A DNA stretch of 55,702 nucleotides from contig JBMOIO010000005.1 of assembly GCA_049317285.1 (NCBI GenBank), positions 1 to 55,702 of the forward strand, given 5' to 3'. How positions within the stretch are numbered: the first letter of the stretch is position 1; each line of letters opens with the position of its first letter. Origin of the DNA: Minisyncoccia bacterium. GTDB taxonomy: Bacteria; Patescibacteriota; Minisyncoccia; Phycocordibacterales; UBA9973. The position numbers and the translations under genes were made by a program. Positions 25,894-36,612 of the stretch are shown in pieces. The notes beneath the pieces were generated by a model that searched no databases, had not been told where the DNA came from, and saw only the letters and a list, made by a program, of their open reading frames with translations.

Positions 25894-26647
25894 ATGCGCG
25901 GAGTTCAATCGCTAGAAACATCGGTATCTCCTTTCGGGCTGTATCTTCTGCACTTTGGCGCGGGCCCGCTTCGGACTTTTTGTGCGAGATCCATTCTTCG
26001 AGATTTGTTATTGCAAAGCCAGCATTTCGAAATGCCTTTGCGTACCACTGTAGTGAGCGATGGAATGTGGTGGTGGTGATTTTCTTTGCACCTCGGAAAG
26101 GAGAAAGTTCTATAGGAATAGAAACTTCTGAAAGGTATTTTTCTGTCTTTCGGTACTGTACGCCTTTTTTCATATCATAGCCCCAGTCAGAATGCTGTGG
26201 GATGCGAAATGCAGGATGCAAGAGCACTACTACTGCTTTTCCTTCTTTTTTCAAGCAGTCATTCATACCCTCCAATACTTTTGGAATATTTTTTATATTT
26301 TCAAATGCGAGGACTGAAAATACTGCATCAAAACTTCCGAGCTTCATAGCCGGAAGCGCTTGGGCATCCCCCACTCTATAGCTTTCGTTCACACTCGCTT
26401 GCCGCGCTGCCACCTCAACCAATTCTTTTGATGCATCTACTCCCACTACCATTGCCCCCGACTTCGCAATAAGCCGAGAAAAATATCCTTGGCCTGAAGC
26501 AACATCGAGCACTCTCTCCCCTTCTTTTGGGTCGAGCATGCGCAATAAATTCGGTGCGATCACTTTTGCCTGATACGTGTCATCCCCTTTGAGATATTCG
26601 TCGTACCAACGGGATACATTATCCCACTGTGTTTGTTCGTTTTTCAT
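25886..26647 (-). CDS. class I SAM-dependent methyltransferase
   Basis: VLDVASGQG, VGVDAS; start taken at MKNEQ. Confidence 0.88.
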   Translation of the reverse strand: MKNEQTQWDNVSRWYDEYLKGDDTYQAKVIAPNLLRMLDPKEGERVLDVASGQGYFSRLIAKSGAMVVGVDASKELVEVAARQASVNESYRVGDAQALPAMKLGSFDAVFSVLAFENIKNIPKVLEGMNDCLKKEGKAVVVLLHPAFRIPQHSDWGYDMKKGVQYRKTEKYLSEVSIPIELSPFRGAKKITTTTFHRSLQWYAKAFRNAGFAITNLEEWISHKKSEAGPRQSAEDTARKEIPMFLAIELRAFN

Positions 26648-26648
26648 A

Positions 26649-27815
26649 CTACTTTTTATAGACACTAAAACGGTACTGCCAGTCAATAAATCGGCGCAAG
26701 ATACTCGGGAAGATTCCTTTAAACACCATGCCTCGATGCACAAATATCGCCCACTTTTTTCCAATCAGAACGACATAGCTCGGCATTTTAGGAATATACG
26801 CATCAATACTTTTTCCTCTGATCATGCGTGCAATTGTTTTGCCTACATACTTGCCGTCATAAATCGCAGTCTGCGCAAGCCCGCTGAATTCTGTTACAGC
26901 TCCGTCTCCTGCGATAAAAACATGGTTGTCATTTTCGAGCATGAGATTTTCAGTCACCACAATCCGTCGTCGCTCGCTTTGCACAAGTCCGGGGATTTTC
27001 ATATAGGTTTCGCTGATGCTCGTACCCGCGGTCCACACCACGCTCCCACTTTGAATATCCATGTCGTTTAAAATAACTTCTTGCCTGTCTTCAGACTGGA
27101 GTACTCGGTTGGTGAAAATATTAACACCCAAAGTGCGCAAGCGGTCTTCTGCAATTTTTGATACTTCCTCGCTCATCGTCGGAAGGAGGCGCGGCGCGCC
27201 TTCGATAATATCGATAGTGATCAAAGACGGGTCAATGCCGTGCACCCGCGCGCGCTTGGTCAAATAGTCTTTCAGTGTCCCTGCAAGTTCAACCCCTGAT
27301 GGTCCACCACCGACAACAACAGTATGCAATAGTGCAACCTGTTCATTCTTTGGAAGGGTCTTTCCTTTAGCAAAGGTTGTTTCAAAATGCGCCTTCAGTC
27401 GCAGTGCCTCATCGACTGACTTGAACGAGAGCGAGCACTCTTTGAGTCCTGGAATATTAAAATAGCTTGCCTGGCTTCCAAGCGCGAGCACGAGATAGTC
27501 GTATGGGAGTTCACTTGCCCCATGGGTAGTTTCCAGGGTTACCAGCTGACGACCCTGGTCCATACCGGTAAATGTTGCATTCATGAGATGAATTGCATTT
27601 TCAGGAAAGAGGTCCTTCAATGGAAACGCGACTTCTGACTGGAGGCCGTCGGTCACCAGACTATAGAGTGCCGGGTAATAGGTCAAATAGTCCTTGTTTG
27701 AAATAAGCGTAATCGTTGCCCGAACTCTGCTTTTCATAAGGCTTTGTGCGGCAGCAATACCCGCAAATCCCCCTCCAACAATGACGATTTTGGGCTTCCG
27801 TATCTCTGTTTTCAT
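26649..27815 (-). CDS. type II NADH dehydrogenase-like FAD oxidoreductase
   Basis: GGGFAG, YDYLVLALG, GGGPSGVELAG, VWTAG, GD. Confidence 0.88.
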   Translation of the reverse strand: MKTEIRKPKIVIVGGGFAGIAAAQSLMKSRVRATITLISNKDYLTYYPALYSLVTDGLQSEVAFPLKDLFPENAIHLMNATFTGMDQGRQLVTLETTHGASELPYDYLVLALGSQASYFNIPGLKECSLSFKSVDEALRLKAHFETTFAKGKTLPKNEQVALLHTVVVGGGPSGVELAGTLKDYLTKRARVHGIDPSLITIDIIEGAPRLLPTMSEEVSKIAEDRLRTLGVNIFTNRVLQSEDRQEVILNDMDIQSGSVVWTAGTSISETYMKIPGLVQSERRRIVVTENLMLENDNHVFIAGDGAVTEFSGLAQTAIYDGKYVGKTIARMIRGKSIDAYIPKMPSYVVLIGKKWAIFVHRGMVFKGIFPSILRRFIDWQYRFSVYKK

Positions 27816-27892
27816 GCCTCTCAGTATAGCCCATATAGGGGGATAGTGCTAAAAACCCTTTTGTTAAAGGATTTTGCGTGTATACTTGTAAG

Positions 27893-28417
27893 GTGCAAGA
27901 CGCTGATTCGTCACAAAGGAAGACCGAAGAGGATTTTTTTGACATGGTAAAAGCTTTTGAGGACGCGATTTTCCGCTTTCTGTACTTTCGAGTACAAGAC
28001 CGCGCCGTCGCCCTCGACATTACACAAGATACCTTCACCAAGACTTGGATCTACCTTTCCAAAGGAAAGACAGTGGACCACCCCGAAGCCTTCTTGTATC
28101 GAACAGCAAAAAATGCGCTGATCGACTACTACAAAAAATCAAAATCAAGCTCTCTTGATTATTTGATGGAGGCAGGGTTTGATCCGGGGACACATGCGGT
28201 CACCGACGAGGTCCTGCGCCAGGACGACATTCAAACAGTTCGAACACTTCTGGACACCTTGGATGAAGAGAGTAAACAGATTATGTTCCTCCGCTATGCG
28301 GAAGAAAAGCCTATTGAAGACATTGCCGTACTCTACGGCAAAAGTGTCAACGCCATGACGGTGCACATTCACCGTATTGTAAAAAAATTACGGGGTCGCT
28401 ACGACGAACAACTATAA
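27893..28417 (+). CDS. ECF sigma factor
   Basis: DITQDTF, FLYRTAKNALIDY, region-4 HTH; GTG start 6 nt after TATACT. Confidence 0.9.
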   Translation: MQDADSSQRKTEEDFFDMVKAFEDAIFRFLYFRVQDRAVALDITQDTFTKTWIYLSKGKTVDHPEAFLYRTAKNALIDYYKKSKSSSLDYLMEAGFDPGTHAVTDEVLRQDDIQTVRTLLDTLDEESKQIMFLRYAEEKPIEDIAVLYGKSVNAMTVHIHRIVKKLRGRYDEQL

Positions 28418-28421
28418 CACT

Positions 28422-29219
28422 ATGGAAAACAAACTCCACAAACTACAAGCACTAAAATCCCTCACCCTCTCTGAAGAAGAGCGTGGCTTGATTCGTGCGC
28501 ATGTTGCTCGTGTTGTCACCACTCCATTACCTGCACCCGTCCCTTCTCTTTTCTATAATGGCGTTCAGCACGGGCTTCGTATGGCGCTCTCTGCGATGTT
28601 CTTCGTTGTGTTCGTCGGCGGAAGCGTCAGCGCAATAGCTGACAGTGCGCTTCCCGGAGATCCTCTCTACGCATTCAAACTCAATGTAAACGAAGAAGTA
28701 AAGGGTGTATTTTTAAATACCCCTGAAGAAAAGGTAGTATTCCAAAAAAACCGTATTGAAACCCGTGTCAATGAAATCCAGACCTTGGCCGACTCAAAGA
28801 CGCTGACAAAGGAAAAACAAGAGCGTGCACAGCAAGCGATCACCCTTCATGTACAGGAACTTTCAAAAGAACTCACTACGCTCAGCGACGAAGAACCAGA
28901 TACTGCACTCACCTTCACCGCGTCACTAGAAGAATCTCTCAAAGCAAGCCGAGGTACATTAGAAGCAGCGGGAGGTGTCTCTTCTGAAACTACTGCAAGC
29001 ACCCTGATGATGGCAAAAGTTTCTCCTGAAGGAGCTCCTGCACCCCTTCCCTCCGACGGTATCGCCGCAGCTCTCAAAACAGTTAATGATGCACTAGAGC
29101 AGGTATCAAAAGAAGAAGTAAAAATTCTCACAAAAGAAATCAATAATATTTCAGAAGAAATCGATGGCGTCGGAATACCTAACGAAACCTCAACCCCTCT
29201 TACTCCGACCGGGCAATAA
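28422..29219 (+). CDS. putative anti-sigma factor (DUF5667-like)
   Basis: Single TM then ALPGDPLYAFK; immediately follows the ECF gene. Confidence 0.75.
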   Translation: MENKLHKLQALKSLTLSEEERGLIRAHVARVVTTPLPAPVPSLFYNGVQHGLRMALSAMFFVVFVGGSVSAIADSALPGDPLYAFKLNVNEEVKGVFLNTPEEKVVFQKNRIETRVNEIQTLADSKTLTKEKQERAQQAITLHVQELSKELTTLSDEEPDTALTFTASLEESLKASRGTLEAAGGVSSETTASTLMMAKVSPEGAPAPLPSDGIAAALKTVNDALEQVSKEEVKILTKEINNISEEIDGVGIPNETSTPLTPTGQ

Positions 29220-30588
29220 ACCGCTCGAGGAGTAATAACGACAAGACACCGATAATGACCACTGCGCCAATTACTATAGCGCGGTGGTCTTTTGGTTTGG
29301 GTGTGTAAACAGGGGTTGTTTCCTCCGGTACAACCGTGTCATTTACAACTGCAGTCGTGTACGGAATAAATGAAAGCGGTGGCGAAGCGCGCGTGCTACT
29401 TTGCACTCTCTGTGTACTTTTTTCTGACATACCGAGCACTGCCATTGTATTTCCCTCTTTTGTTTTTAATGTCGCCGTAGTCAGTGTCCGCAATCCCACC
29501 CGACTAATCGGGAGCGCAATATTTCCCTTGGGCGCAAGCACCGTAAAAAGCGGAAACTCTGCATATCCTTCAGGAGTATACAAACGCCACCCCGACATAT
29601 CGATAGAGGTCTTGGCGGTGTTTTTTATTTGGAGAGTACTCGGATTCAAGAGAGACAGTTCCACCGTAGAGGCGACCACTGTCACAACAGCGCTCGAGTG
29701 CAACAGTGCTCGCGTAAACTCCTGTGCAGTATGGTAAGCAAGGGTTACTGTATACACTCCCGGGTATTCGTACGTATGTCGTACAGTACTGAGTGTGTCT
29801 GTTCGAATAACTGTTCCATCACCCATATTCCAAAGATAGGTTCCTTTTTTCGATGAACCCCGCTCGAGTACTACAGTCCCCTCATATTCATACTGCATGC
29901 CTTGATATGCAGTACTCGGAGCGACCACTTTGAGAGAGGGTTTGTTTTTTTCATAGACAACTGGTGGCTTTACACTCTTTTTCTTTGTTTGTGACTGCGC
30001 TGTAGTGGCAGGAGTTTCTTCCCCTGTTGATTCGCCTGGTGTATCGGAAAGTGGGTCCTCTTCTGTATCAAAAGAATCTTCTGGAAGAGTCGCATTCTGA
30101 AGATTCGGTGTTGCTACTGCGGTGATCCAGCTGCCGTCCGCATATTGCATTGTTTCTTTTGTAGTACTGTCACCTGCCGGCCACCCGCTTGTAAAGTCTA
30201 GTTCGTGCACCACAATTTCCTGTTCATTTTTCAATACAAGATACTCGCCAGTATTTGCAAAACCATTATTACTAAATGTCCCCGATTCGTCAGCAATACC
30301 AGGAACGGGGTCCGGCATACTTGCCGTTACCCGCTCGACCAAAAGGAAGCCGAATGCAGGAATCGTTTTTGAAAGCATAAAGACAACCTTCGTCCCACCA
30401 TCTTTATACACTCCCCATCCAACGAGACTGACTGCTTCGGCACTGTCATTGTATAGCTCAAACCACTCGCCGTATTGACCAGAGGTTCCACTAACGCCCA
30501 TCCAGGCGATTTCGTTTATTCGTACTTCGGCCTGCGCAACAAGGGGCAAAGTGATCAGAATGATCAGTGTGGCCAGGAAGTACTTCAT
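29200..30588 (-). CDS. secreted, membrane-anchored lamin-tail + PKD domain protein
   Basis: Signal peptide, INEIAW..EWFELYN, WNMGDG..HTYEYPGVY, C-terminal TM. Confidence 0.8.
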   Translation of the reverse strand: MKYFLATLIILITLPLVAQAEVRINEIAWMGVSGTSGQYGEWFELYNDSAEAVSLVGWGVYKDGGTKVVFMLSKTIPAFGFLLVERVTASMPDPVPGIADESGTFSNNGFANTGEYLVLKNEQEIVVHELDFTSGWPAGDSTTKETMQYADGSWITAVATPNLQNATLPEDSFDTEEDPLSDTPGESTGEETPATTAQSQTKKKSVKPPVVYEKNKPSLKVVAPSTAYQGMQYEYEGTVVLERGSSKKGTYLWNMGDGTVIRTDTLSTVRHTYEYPGVYTVTLAYHTAQEFTRALLHSSAVVTVVASTVELSLLNPSTLQIKNTAKTSIDMSGWRLYTPEGYAEFPLFTVLAPKGNIALPISRVGLRTLTTATLKTKEGNTMAVLGMSEKSTQRVQSSTRASPPLSFIPYTTAVVNDTVVPEETTPVYTPKPKDHRAIVIGAVVIIGVLSLLLLERFIARSE

Positions 30589-30590
30589 AG

Positions 30591-32609
30591 TTATTCTAAA
30601 ACTTTTTGGAGCACAGCAGTCGAAACTTCATCTCCTTTTGGATCAGAAACCAAGGCTTGTGGAGGCGGTGGAGAATCTTTTAAAGGATGTGCTTGTTGTG
30701 GAGCAGGAGCTCGAGTTTGCTTGGGAGGTTGTGGTGCGGGAGAGGAACTAGCGAGCACGCTTTGAAGCGCAGCTTTGAGGAGGTCACGGTTTTTCTCTGT
30801 TGGTCCACGCTCAGCCATTTTCACCGGCGGAATACTTTCGCGCAGTGTCTTTTCTCCACTAAAAGGTGCAGAGGGAGCCGGCGTTGAAAGATCCATAGAC
30901 TGCTCATCAAGAGATGAGAGAAGTGAGGAGAGTGCCGATGCGGAAGATGGCGGAGGTGTTACTGTTTTTGTAGTAGTGGTAAAGGCTGTCGTAGTGGTTG
31001 TCGTGACAGCTTCTGGAGCAGCACGAGAAATTCCGGTCAAGGGCGGAGTAAATGCGCGCGCCATCGGTTTCTTTGCTACGGTAGTGGTGCGTTCGATACG
31101 GCGCATAAACTGAGCGGGTGCGTCTGGGGAAGAATTTTCTGCTTGAGGAGCCACTGGTGCAGGAGTCGGGACAGATTGCGCGGCAACTATTTTTGCCAAT
31201 GCATCCGGATTGTACGGAGCGCTTGCAAAAGCTTGCTTGAAAGAGTTTTGCTGTTGCCCCTCTTCAGCAAAGCGGATATTCTTTTTTGGTTTATCTTCGC
31301 CAGTATCAGCATCTTCCGCATACCACTCGCGGATATTGCTATCAACATTTTCCTTTGGATGCGCATAGGTCTGGCGCGTCCACTCAATAACATCGTTTTT
31401 ATAGGTAATCGTCGGTCGTGGCAACGGAGGCAGGGTCCGGGCAGAAAACGGAGCTGAGCCCATGTCGTTGATCATGAGCGAAAGATATATCTGTGCCATA
31501 CCAAGATTGATCAAGTCCCCCGCCATAAACTGCGGAGAGTACACTTTCTCCAGCAGTTCTGCATCAAGCGGACCGACACGAAATGAAATACTCGTTCCCA
31601 CGTTTCCAAACACCGCGTCACGAACACTTTCTTCCATTTGTGCCACATACTGGTGGGCAATAATGAGCGCGAGCTTGTACTTGCGAGCCTCGGAGAGAAT
31701 GTTGGCAAACGACTCATTGGCAAACGACTGGAATTCGTCGACATAGAAATAAAAGTTCGGTAACTGTGTCATGCGGTCTGCTGTCGCATCTGCCCTACTC
31801 ATTGCCGCAAGGTAGATTTTGGTTATAATCATGCTTCCCAAAAGACTGGTGTTCTGCTCCCCAATACGCCCCTTTGAAAGGTTGATAATGAGAATTTTTT
31901 GCTCATCCATCGCGGTACGGATATCAAAACTCGACTTTGGCTGTCCGATGATATTGCGAACGAGCGGATTTGCAGTGAACTGCCCAATCTTGTTTTGGAT
32001 TGCAGCTCCCGCTTCCTGCATGTATCGCTCGCCATATTTTGCAAACTCTTCCACCCAAAATGCTTTTACGCCCGGGTCGGTACAGTTGGCAACTACTTTA
32101 TTGCGGAAGGTCTTGTCCGAGAGCATGCGGTTTACACCCAAAAGCGTTGCGCCCGGGTATTCCAAGAGCGCAAGGAGGATGTTGTTGAGGATGTACTCCA
32201 TGCGAGCGCTCCATGCATCCACCCAAATCTTTTTAAACGTACTCATGAGTCCTGATGCGACAAAGTGGCGCTTGTCAGCACCCACATCTTCAAGCACATT
32301 GAACGATACTGGGTAGTTGATATCAAACGGCGCGAAGTAGATAACATCCTTGATGCGCTCCGCCGGAATATAGTCGAGCATTTTCTCAGCAAAGCTTCCG
32401 TGCGGGTCCAAAACCGCTACCCCTTCGCCATGCGCAATATCCTGGATTGCCATATTCTCCAACAATGTAGACTTACCCACACCACTCTTACCGATCACAT
32501 ACATGTGTCGGGTTCGGTCTCGGCTTTTTATTCCAAAGCGGGTGCGCTGATTGCGAAAATCCGTCTCGCCAAAATATGTGATGTGTTCCGGATCATACGG
32601 CACTGTCAT
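30591..32609 (-). CDS. TraD/VirD4-HerA-like ATPase with a low-complexity tail
   Basis: RHMYVIGKSGVGKS, DPHG, YVDEFQ, EARKY, AHQ. Confidence 0.85.
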   Translation of the reverse strand: MTVPYDPEHITYFGETDFRNQRTRFGIKSRDRTRHMYVIGKSGVGKSTLLENMAIQDIAHGEGVAVLDPHGSFAEKMLDYIPAERIKDVIYFAPFDINYPVSFNVLEDVGADKRHFVASGLMSTFKKIWVDAWSARMEYILNNILLALLEYPGATLLGVNRMLSDKTFRNKVVANCTDPGVKAFWVEEFAKYGERYMQEAGAAIQNKIGQFTANPLVRNIIGQPKSSFDIRTAMDEQKILIINLSKGRIGEQNTSLLGSMIITKIYLAAMSRADATADRMTQLPNFYFYVDEFQSFANESFANILSEARKYKLALIIAHQYVAQMEESVRDAVFGNVGTSISFRVGPLDAELLEKVYSPQFMAGDLINLGMAQIYLSLMINDMGSAPFSARTLPPLPRPTITYKNDVIEWTRQTYAHPKENVDSNIREWYAEDADTGEDKPKKNIRFAEEGQQQNSFKQAFASAPYNPDALAKIVAAQSVPTPAPVAPQAENSSPDAPAQFMRRIERTTTVAKKPMARAFTPPLTGISRAAPEAVTTTTTTAFTTTTKTVTPPPSSASALSSLLSSLDEQSMDLSTPAPSAPFSGEKTLRESIPPVKMAERGPTEKNRDLLKAALQSVLASSSPAPQPPKQTRAPAPQQAHPLKDSPPPPQALVSDPKGDEVSTAVLQKVLE

Positions 32610-32720
32610 ATGGTTATAGTATAGCACCCCATGGTACGGAGATAACACTGTTTTCATCTAAACAGTATAAAAAGGTGAGATGAAAAAGAATTAAAGAAAA
32701 GATATAGAAAAAATGAAGCG

Positions 32721-33293
32721 CTACAGAAGCTTATCAGAAAACTTCTTCTGCAGTTTTTCAAGCTTTGGGGAAATAACCAACTGGCAGTACGGTGCATCAC
32801 TATGGTCGGCGTAGTAGTTATAGTGATAGTCTTCCGCAGGATAAAAATCAGTCGCTGTCACTACCTCTGTCACAATCTGCGCATCTCCTGAAAGGGTACT
32901 CTGTGCGCGACTAATTGCGCGCTGTATTGCACCCGGCACGTCGTCTTCTGGACTTTCAGTGAGGCCTCCGAGAAAGTGCGGTTCTTGGTCATGTGTATAG
33001 AAAATAATCGAGCGGTATTGGCTGCCGACATCGTTTCCTTGTCTATTGGGAGTGGTGGGGTCATGCGTTGCGAAGAATATATCCAAAATGTCATCAGTAG
33101 AAATCATTCCTTCGTCATAATAGACCTTGATCACTTCAGCATGTCCAGTTGTACCACTGCATACTGCTTCATAGCTTGGGTTGGCCACTGTGCCACCCAT
33201 ATACCCTGGAATCACTTCCTGGACACCCTTCAGACTTTTAAATACGGCTTCAGTACACCAAAAGCATCCACCGCCAAGGTATATTGTTTTCAT
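32721..33293 (-). CDS. msrA: peptide-methionine (S)-S-oxide reductase
   Basis: GGGCFWC, GTTGHAE, HDPT, QYRS, AEDYH. Confidence 0.96.
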   Translation of the reverse strand: MKTIYLGGGCFWCTEAVFKSLKGVQEVIPGYMGGTVANPSYEAVCSGTTGHAEVIKVYYDEGMISTDDILDIFFATHDPTTPNRQGNDVGSQYRSIIFYTHDQEPHFLGGLTESPEDDVPGAIQRAISRAQSTLSGDAQIVTEVVTATDFYPAEDYHYNYYADHSDAPYCQLVISPKLEKLQKKFSDKLL

Positions 33294-33394
33294 ACTTCTA
33301 TTGTACTCCTCTTATTGCGCGATGCCAGTGGCAATCAATAACTACTGAAATAAAAAAGCCCTTAAGAAGGGCTTTTTTATCAGTGCAATGCTCT

Positions 33395-33769
33395 TTAGAA
33401 GAAGAGAAACGCCATCGCAATCATCATCAGAAGTGCTCCGATGAGCGCTATATTTTTTGAAAACATGATTGTCTCAATCATGCGAGTCTGCGCGTCCTTT
33501 TCTTTCCAGAACGTGTGCATGATAAATGTTGTCGGTACCAAGAAAATCACCAAGAGCCACATACCGATAATCATTTCAAAGCCGATCACAAGAGAAAGTC
33601 CTCCTAAAAGAAGAAATATCCCGCTTGTAAATACAGCAATCCCAGGAAGAGGGAGTCCCTTTGCGCGTGCATAATGGGTCATCCCTGTATGATTTTTAAA
33701 GTGGCCATACGCCTGAAAAACAAAAAATCCCCCTAATAAAATGCGCCCCAACATAAACAGTATTTCCAT
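33395..33769 (-). CDS. DoxX-family membrane protein
   Basis: GRILLG, HTFW, KNIALIG. Confidence 0.88.
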   Translation of the reverse strand: MEILFMLGRILLGGFFVFQAYGHFKNHTGMTHYARAKGLPLPGIAVFTSGIFLLLGGLSLVIGFEMIIGMWLLVIFLVPTTFIMHTFWKEKDAQTRMIETIMFSKNIALIGALLMMIAMAFLFF

Positions 33770-33816
33770 ATAAAATCATTGAATAGTAATACCCCTAGTA
33801 TAGCCTATGTGGGCCA

Positions 33817-35514
33817 TTATGCCTCGTCGACTGCCCGCTTCGCTGCAAGTGCAAGGCGGGCCAGCCGGAGCTCGTCGTAGCTGTAGGCGCCATTTGCGTG
33901 CTCAAATATAGGGGTCAAATTCATCGTATCAAGCGTTTCAAAGAGGTGGGTAATCTCCGGCAAATCAGCAATCAGTGCGGGCTCCAAGAGCACGAGAACT
34001 TGCTCGTAGTTGAGCCTGCCCGCTTCCACTAGCTTTTCCAAATGCGACATGATAGTGCCGACTGTCATTTTGCGCTCGAGCGCCATTAAGGCAATTGGCT
34101 TTTCTTCCAGCACTAACTCAAGTGTTTTTTCATACGTGTCTCTTTTTTTTCGCGCTCCTGATGCGTCTTTTGTATTCACCGCCTTCAGAGTTCCTCCGCA
34201 CGCTATTATAAAGTCTTCGTGCATTTTTGCCGTAGTCACTGCGAGCAAATCAATAAACGCTGACTCGGACTCATACGACTGCGCGCGAAACTCATGGTCA
34301 CGCTCCATAATAACCGGGTGCACCATAAATGCGCGGGGGTTCACCCCAAGCAAGTGCAGTCCTGAAAGCGAGCGCACGCGCGAGAGCGCGACATATCCCT
34401 GTCCGTATTCAAATACCTGCCCCAAGTCCATCACCGCCGCGTCGAGAGACATCCCTTGGCTTTTGTGAATAGTGATTGCCCATGCAAGTCGAAGCGGTAT
34501 TTGCGTAATACTCGCCTTGATCTTGCCATTCTCTTCAATCACCCAATCCATCGGTTCAATGGTGATAGTGCGCCCGTCGCGCGTTTTGATAACAGGGTAA
34601 CCAGTAGACCCTTCAAACGCAGTCACTGTCCCGAGTGTTCCGTTTGCAAATTCTTTCTCTCGGTTGTTTTTAGTGCACATGACCGAGGCCCCAATGCGAA
34701 GGGTGAGCGTTTCAGGCGACAAACAGCCCTTTATCAATGTTTCCACCAGTTTTTCTGATCCGTGCGTTCTCATACTATACGTCTTCCCCGCTCCAACAAG
34801 TCCTGCAAGCTCGGTATCATTAATAGCGTCGACATTTGCATTGTGCGCAAACAAGCGCGTGACCGATCGATCAATAGGCGTATCCCCGGCTTTATGATTG
34901 CGCGTGCTCAAATATTCATAGTGCATTTCGTCGAATATACCTCCGCGAATTGCAGAGAGGACTGAGAGTAGTGCTTCATCCTCTTGGCGGTGTTGTTCGG
35001 AAAGATAGCAGGTCACGAGGCGCATTTCGTTCCATACGCGCGCCATAAAGGCAAACTGCGCCTGCTCTCCGCGCGTAGTCACTGGAGGGAGCTGAAAAAA
35101 GTCTCCGACCACAATAACCTGTATCCCCCCAAAGGGCTCTCTTGTCTGGCGTACTTCACGGCACACCGCATCAACCATGTCGAGCATGGTTGCATCAATC
35201 ATCGATATCTCATCGATGATCAATACCTTCGTCTTTTTTATTCTTCGCACCAAATATTCAGTCGTTGCAATCTTGTCGAGGTCATACGGCGTAAGTGTTC
35301 TTCGAATACCAATCCCGCTCCATGAGTGAATCGTCGCACCGTGAATATGGGTTGCAGCAATACCGGTCGACGCAGTAATCGACGGATCGATGTCATGGTC
35401 CTGCAAATAAGACACATACTCGTTAATAGTATGTGTCTTTCCGCTCCCCGGCTCTCCGGTGAGAAATACATTTGCACCAGTCTTCAATATGGTAAGCGCC
35501 GTTTCTTGGGTCAT
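33817..35514 (-). CDS. PIF1-like SF1B helicase with a C-terminal HTH
   Basis: TGEPGSGKT, IIDEISM, GDFFQLPP, LAWAITIHKSQG, YVALSR. Confidence 0.92.
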   Translation of the reverse strand: MTQETALTILKTGANVFLTGEPGSGKTHTINEYVSYLQDHDIDPSITASTGIAATHIHGATIHSWSGIGIRRTLTPYDLDKIATTEYLVRRIKKTKVLIIDEISMIDATMLDMVDAVCREVRQTREPFGGIQVIVVGDFFQLPPVTTRGEQAQFAFMARVWNEMRLVTCYLSEQHRQEDEALLSVLSAIRGGIFDEMHYEYLSTRNHKAGDTPIDRSVTRLFAHNANVDAINDTELAGLVGAGKTYSMRTHGSEKLVETLIKGCLSPETLTLRIGASVMCTKNNREKEFANGTLGTVTAFEGSTGYPVIKTRDGRTITIEPMDWVIEENGKIKASITQIPLRLAWAITIHKSQGMSLDAAVMDLGQVFEYGQGYVALSRVRSLSGLHLLGVNPRAFMVHPVIMERDHEFRAQSYESESAFIDLLAVTTAKMHEDFIIACGGTLKAVNTKDASGARKKRDTYEKTLELVLEEKPIALMALERKMTVGTIMSHLEKLVEAGRLNYEQVLVLLEPALIADLPEITHLFETLDTMNLTPIFEHANGAYSYDELRLARLALAAKRAVDEA

Positions 35515-35730
35515 CAGTACTCGTAAATTAAGAACGGAGTGTTACTGTCTGGTCGTACACCGCACAGTCAACACGTGAAATAGTGAGCGAGTAGCTCACT
35601 ACAGGGTCAACAGCGCGCTGTATGTTTTGTTCTTCCATACTATTTAACCTCTTTTGCTTTCTTTGGCTTCTTTTTATCCTTTTTATGGGTTTCTCCTTTT
35701 GGCATACGATAAACGTTATTTTGTAATACT

Positions 35731-36174
35731 TTAGTATACCATTGTTCCAATCCCCTTCGCATCCACCACCTTCATTGAAGCGCGAATCCGTTTGTAGTCA
35801 GGACACTGCTCGGCTACCAATGCCCAAAACCGGGCTGAATGATTGAATTCTTTGAGATGGCACAGTTCATGGATAATCAAATAATCCTGTGCCTCAGGCG
35901 AAAGGGTTAAAATGCGGACGCTAAAGTTCAGGTTCCCCTTGCTCGAACAGCTTCCCCAGCGGGTCTTTTGGTTGCGTATCGCGACCTTGTTGTATGAAAA
36001 ATGATAGTACTGATTAAAATGCTCTAGTCGCGCATGGACAAGTGTGCGTGCACTAGCTCTGTCGGCGGGGGTCACCACTGCTTTCTTCTTTACAGTGCGA
36101 ACAGTCCGTTTTTTTCGCTTTACAGCCGACTTCCCGAAGATGAGCGTAAAAAAATCAAAAGAGTTAGCCATCAA
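35731..36174 (-). CDS. YgjP-like (M48/SprT) zinc-motif protein
   Basis: RWGSCS, HELCH, NHSARFW. Confidence 0.88.
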   Translation of the reverse strand: MMANSFDFFTLIFGKSAVKRKKRTVRTVKKKAVVTPADRASARTLVHARLEHFNQYYHFSYNKVAIRNQKTRWGSCSSKGNLNFSVRILTLSPEAQDYLIIHELCHLKEFNHSARFWALVAEQCPDYKRIRASMKVVDAKGIGTMVY

Positions 36175-36589
36175 GCGAAGTCTCTTCTTCTGGTGTATTA
36201 AGCTCAGCTATTTTCATCAGTACTGCCTGTAAATTGTCGGAGGGGTCATCATATTCAATATTGGCCGGAGTGAGTCGAACTGACTCTTCAAACTTCTGCA
36301 CTGCGGCATCGTACTGCCCAAGCTCTAGAAATAAGAGTCCCATATTATTGAGTATCATCGATGCGGTAAGGTTCTGTCGAAGAAATGCCGTGGAATACTC
36401 GATCAGTGTTGGCGCCAGAGCACGCAGTTCGTCTATCTCTTTCCCCTCACCCACCTCGGCACGAGCATACGCCCCCGCTTCATCAATCAGGATATCAAAA
36501 GCATGGCTGAGTGTTTCAAGCGCTTCATCTTTTTCGCCTTGTTGTTCGAGCTTCAGAGCTTTTTCAAGAAGTTGTTCCATATCATTCAT
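36164..36589 (-). CDS. TPR-repeat protein
   Basis: NNMGLLFLELGQYDAAVQKFEESVRLTP. Confidence 0.75.
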   Translation of the reverse strand: MNDMEQLLEKALKLEQQGEKDEALETLSHAFDILIDEAGAYARAEVGEGKEIDELRALAPTLIEYSTAFLRQNLTASMILNNMGLLFLELGQYDAAVQKFEESVRLTPANIEYDDPSDNLQAVLMKIAELNTPEEETSLDG

Positions 36590-36612
36590 CGCAGTAGTGT
36601 ACCCTATCTTTA

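Noticed and set aside
30591-32609. Conjugative system based on the TraD/VirD4-like ATPase
   Set aside because: No relaxase or VirB genes nearby, and it is embedded among housekeeping genes.
35528-35638. Small ORF MEEQNIQRAVDP... containing a TAGTGAGC/GCTCACTA hairpin, upstream of the helicase
   Set aside because: Only 36 aa with no recognisable family; evidence is too weak to call.
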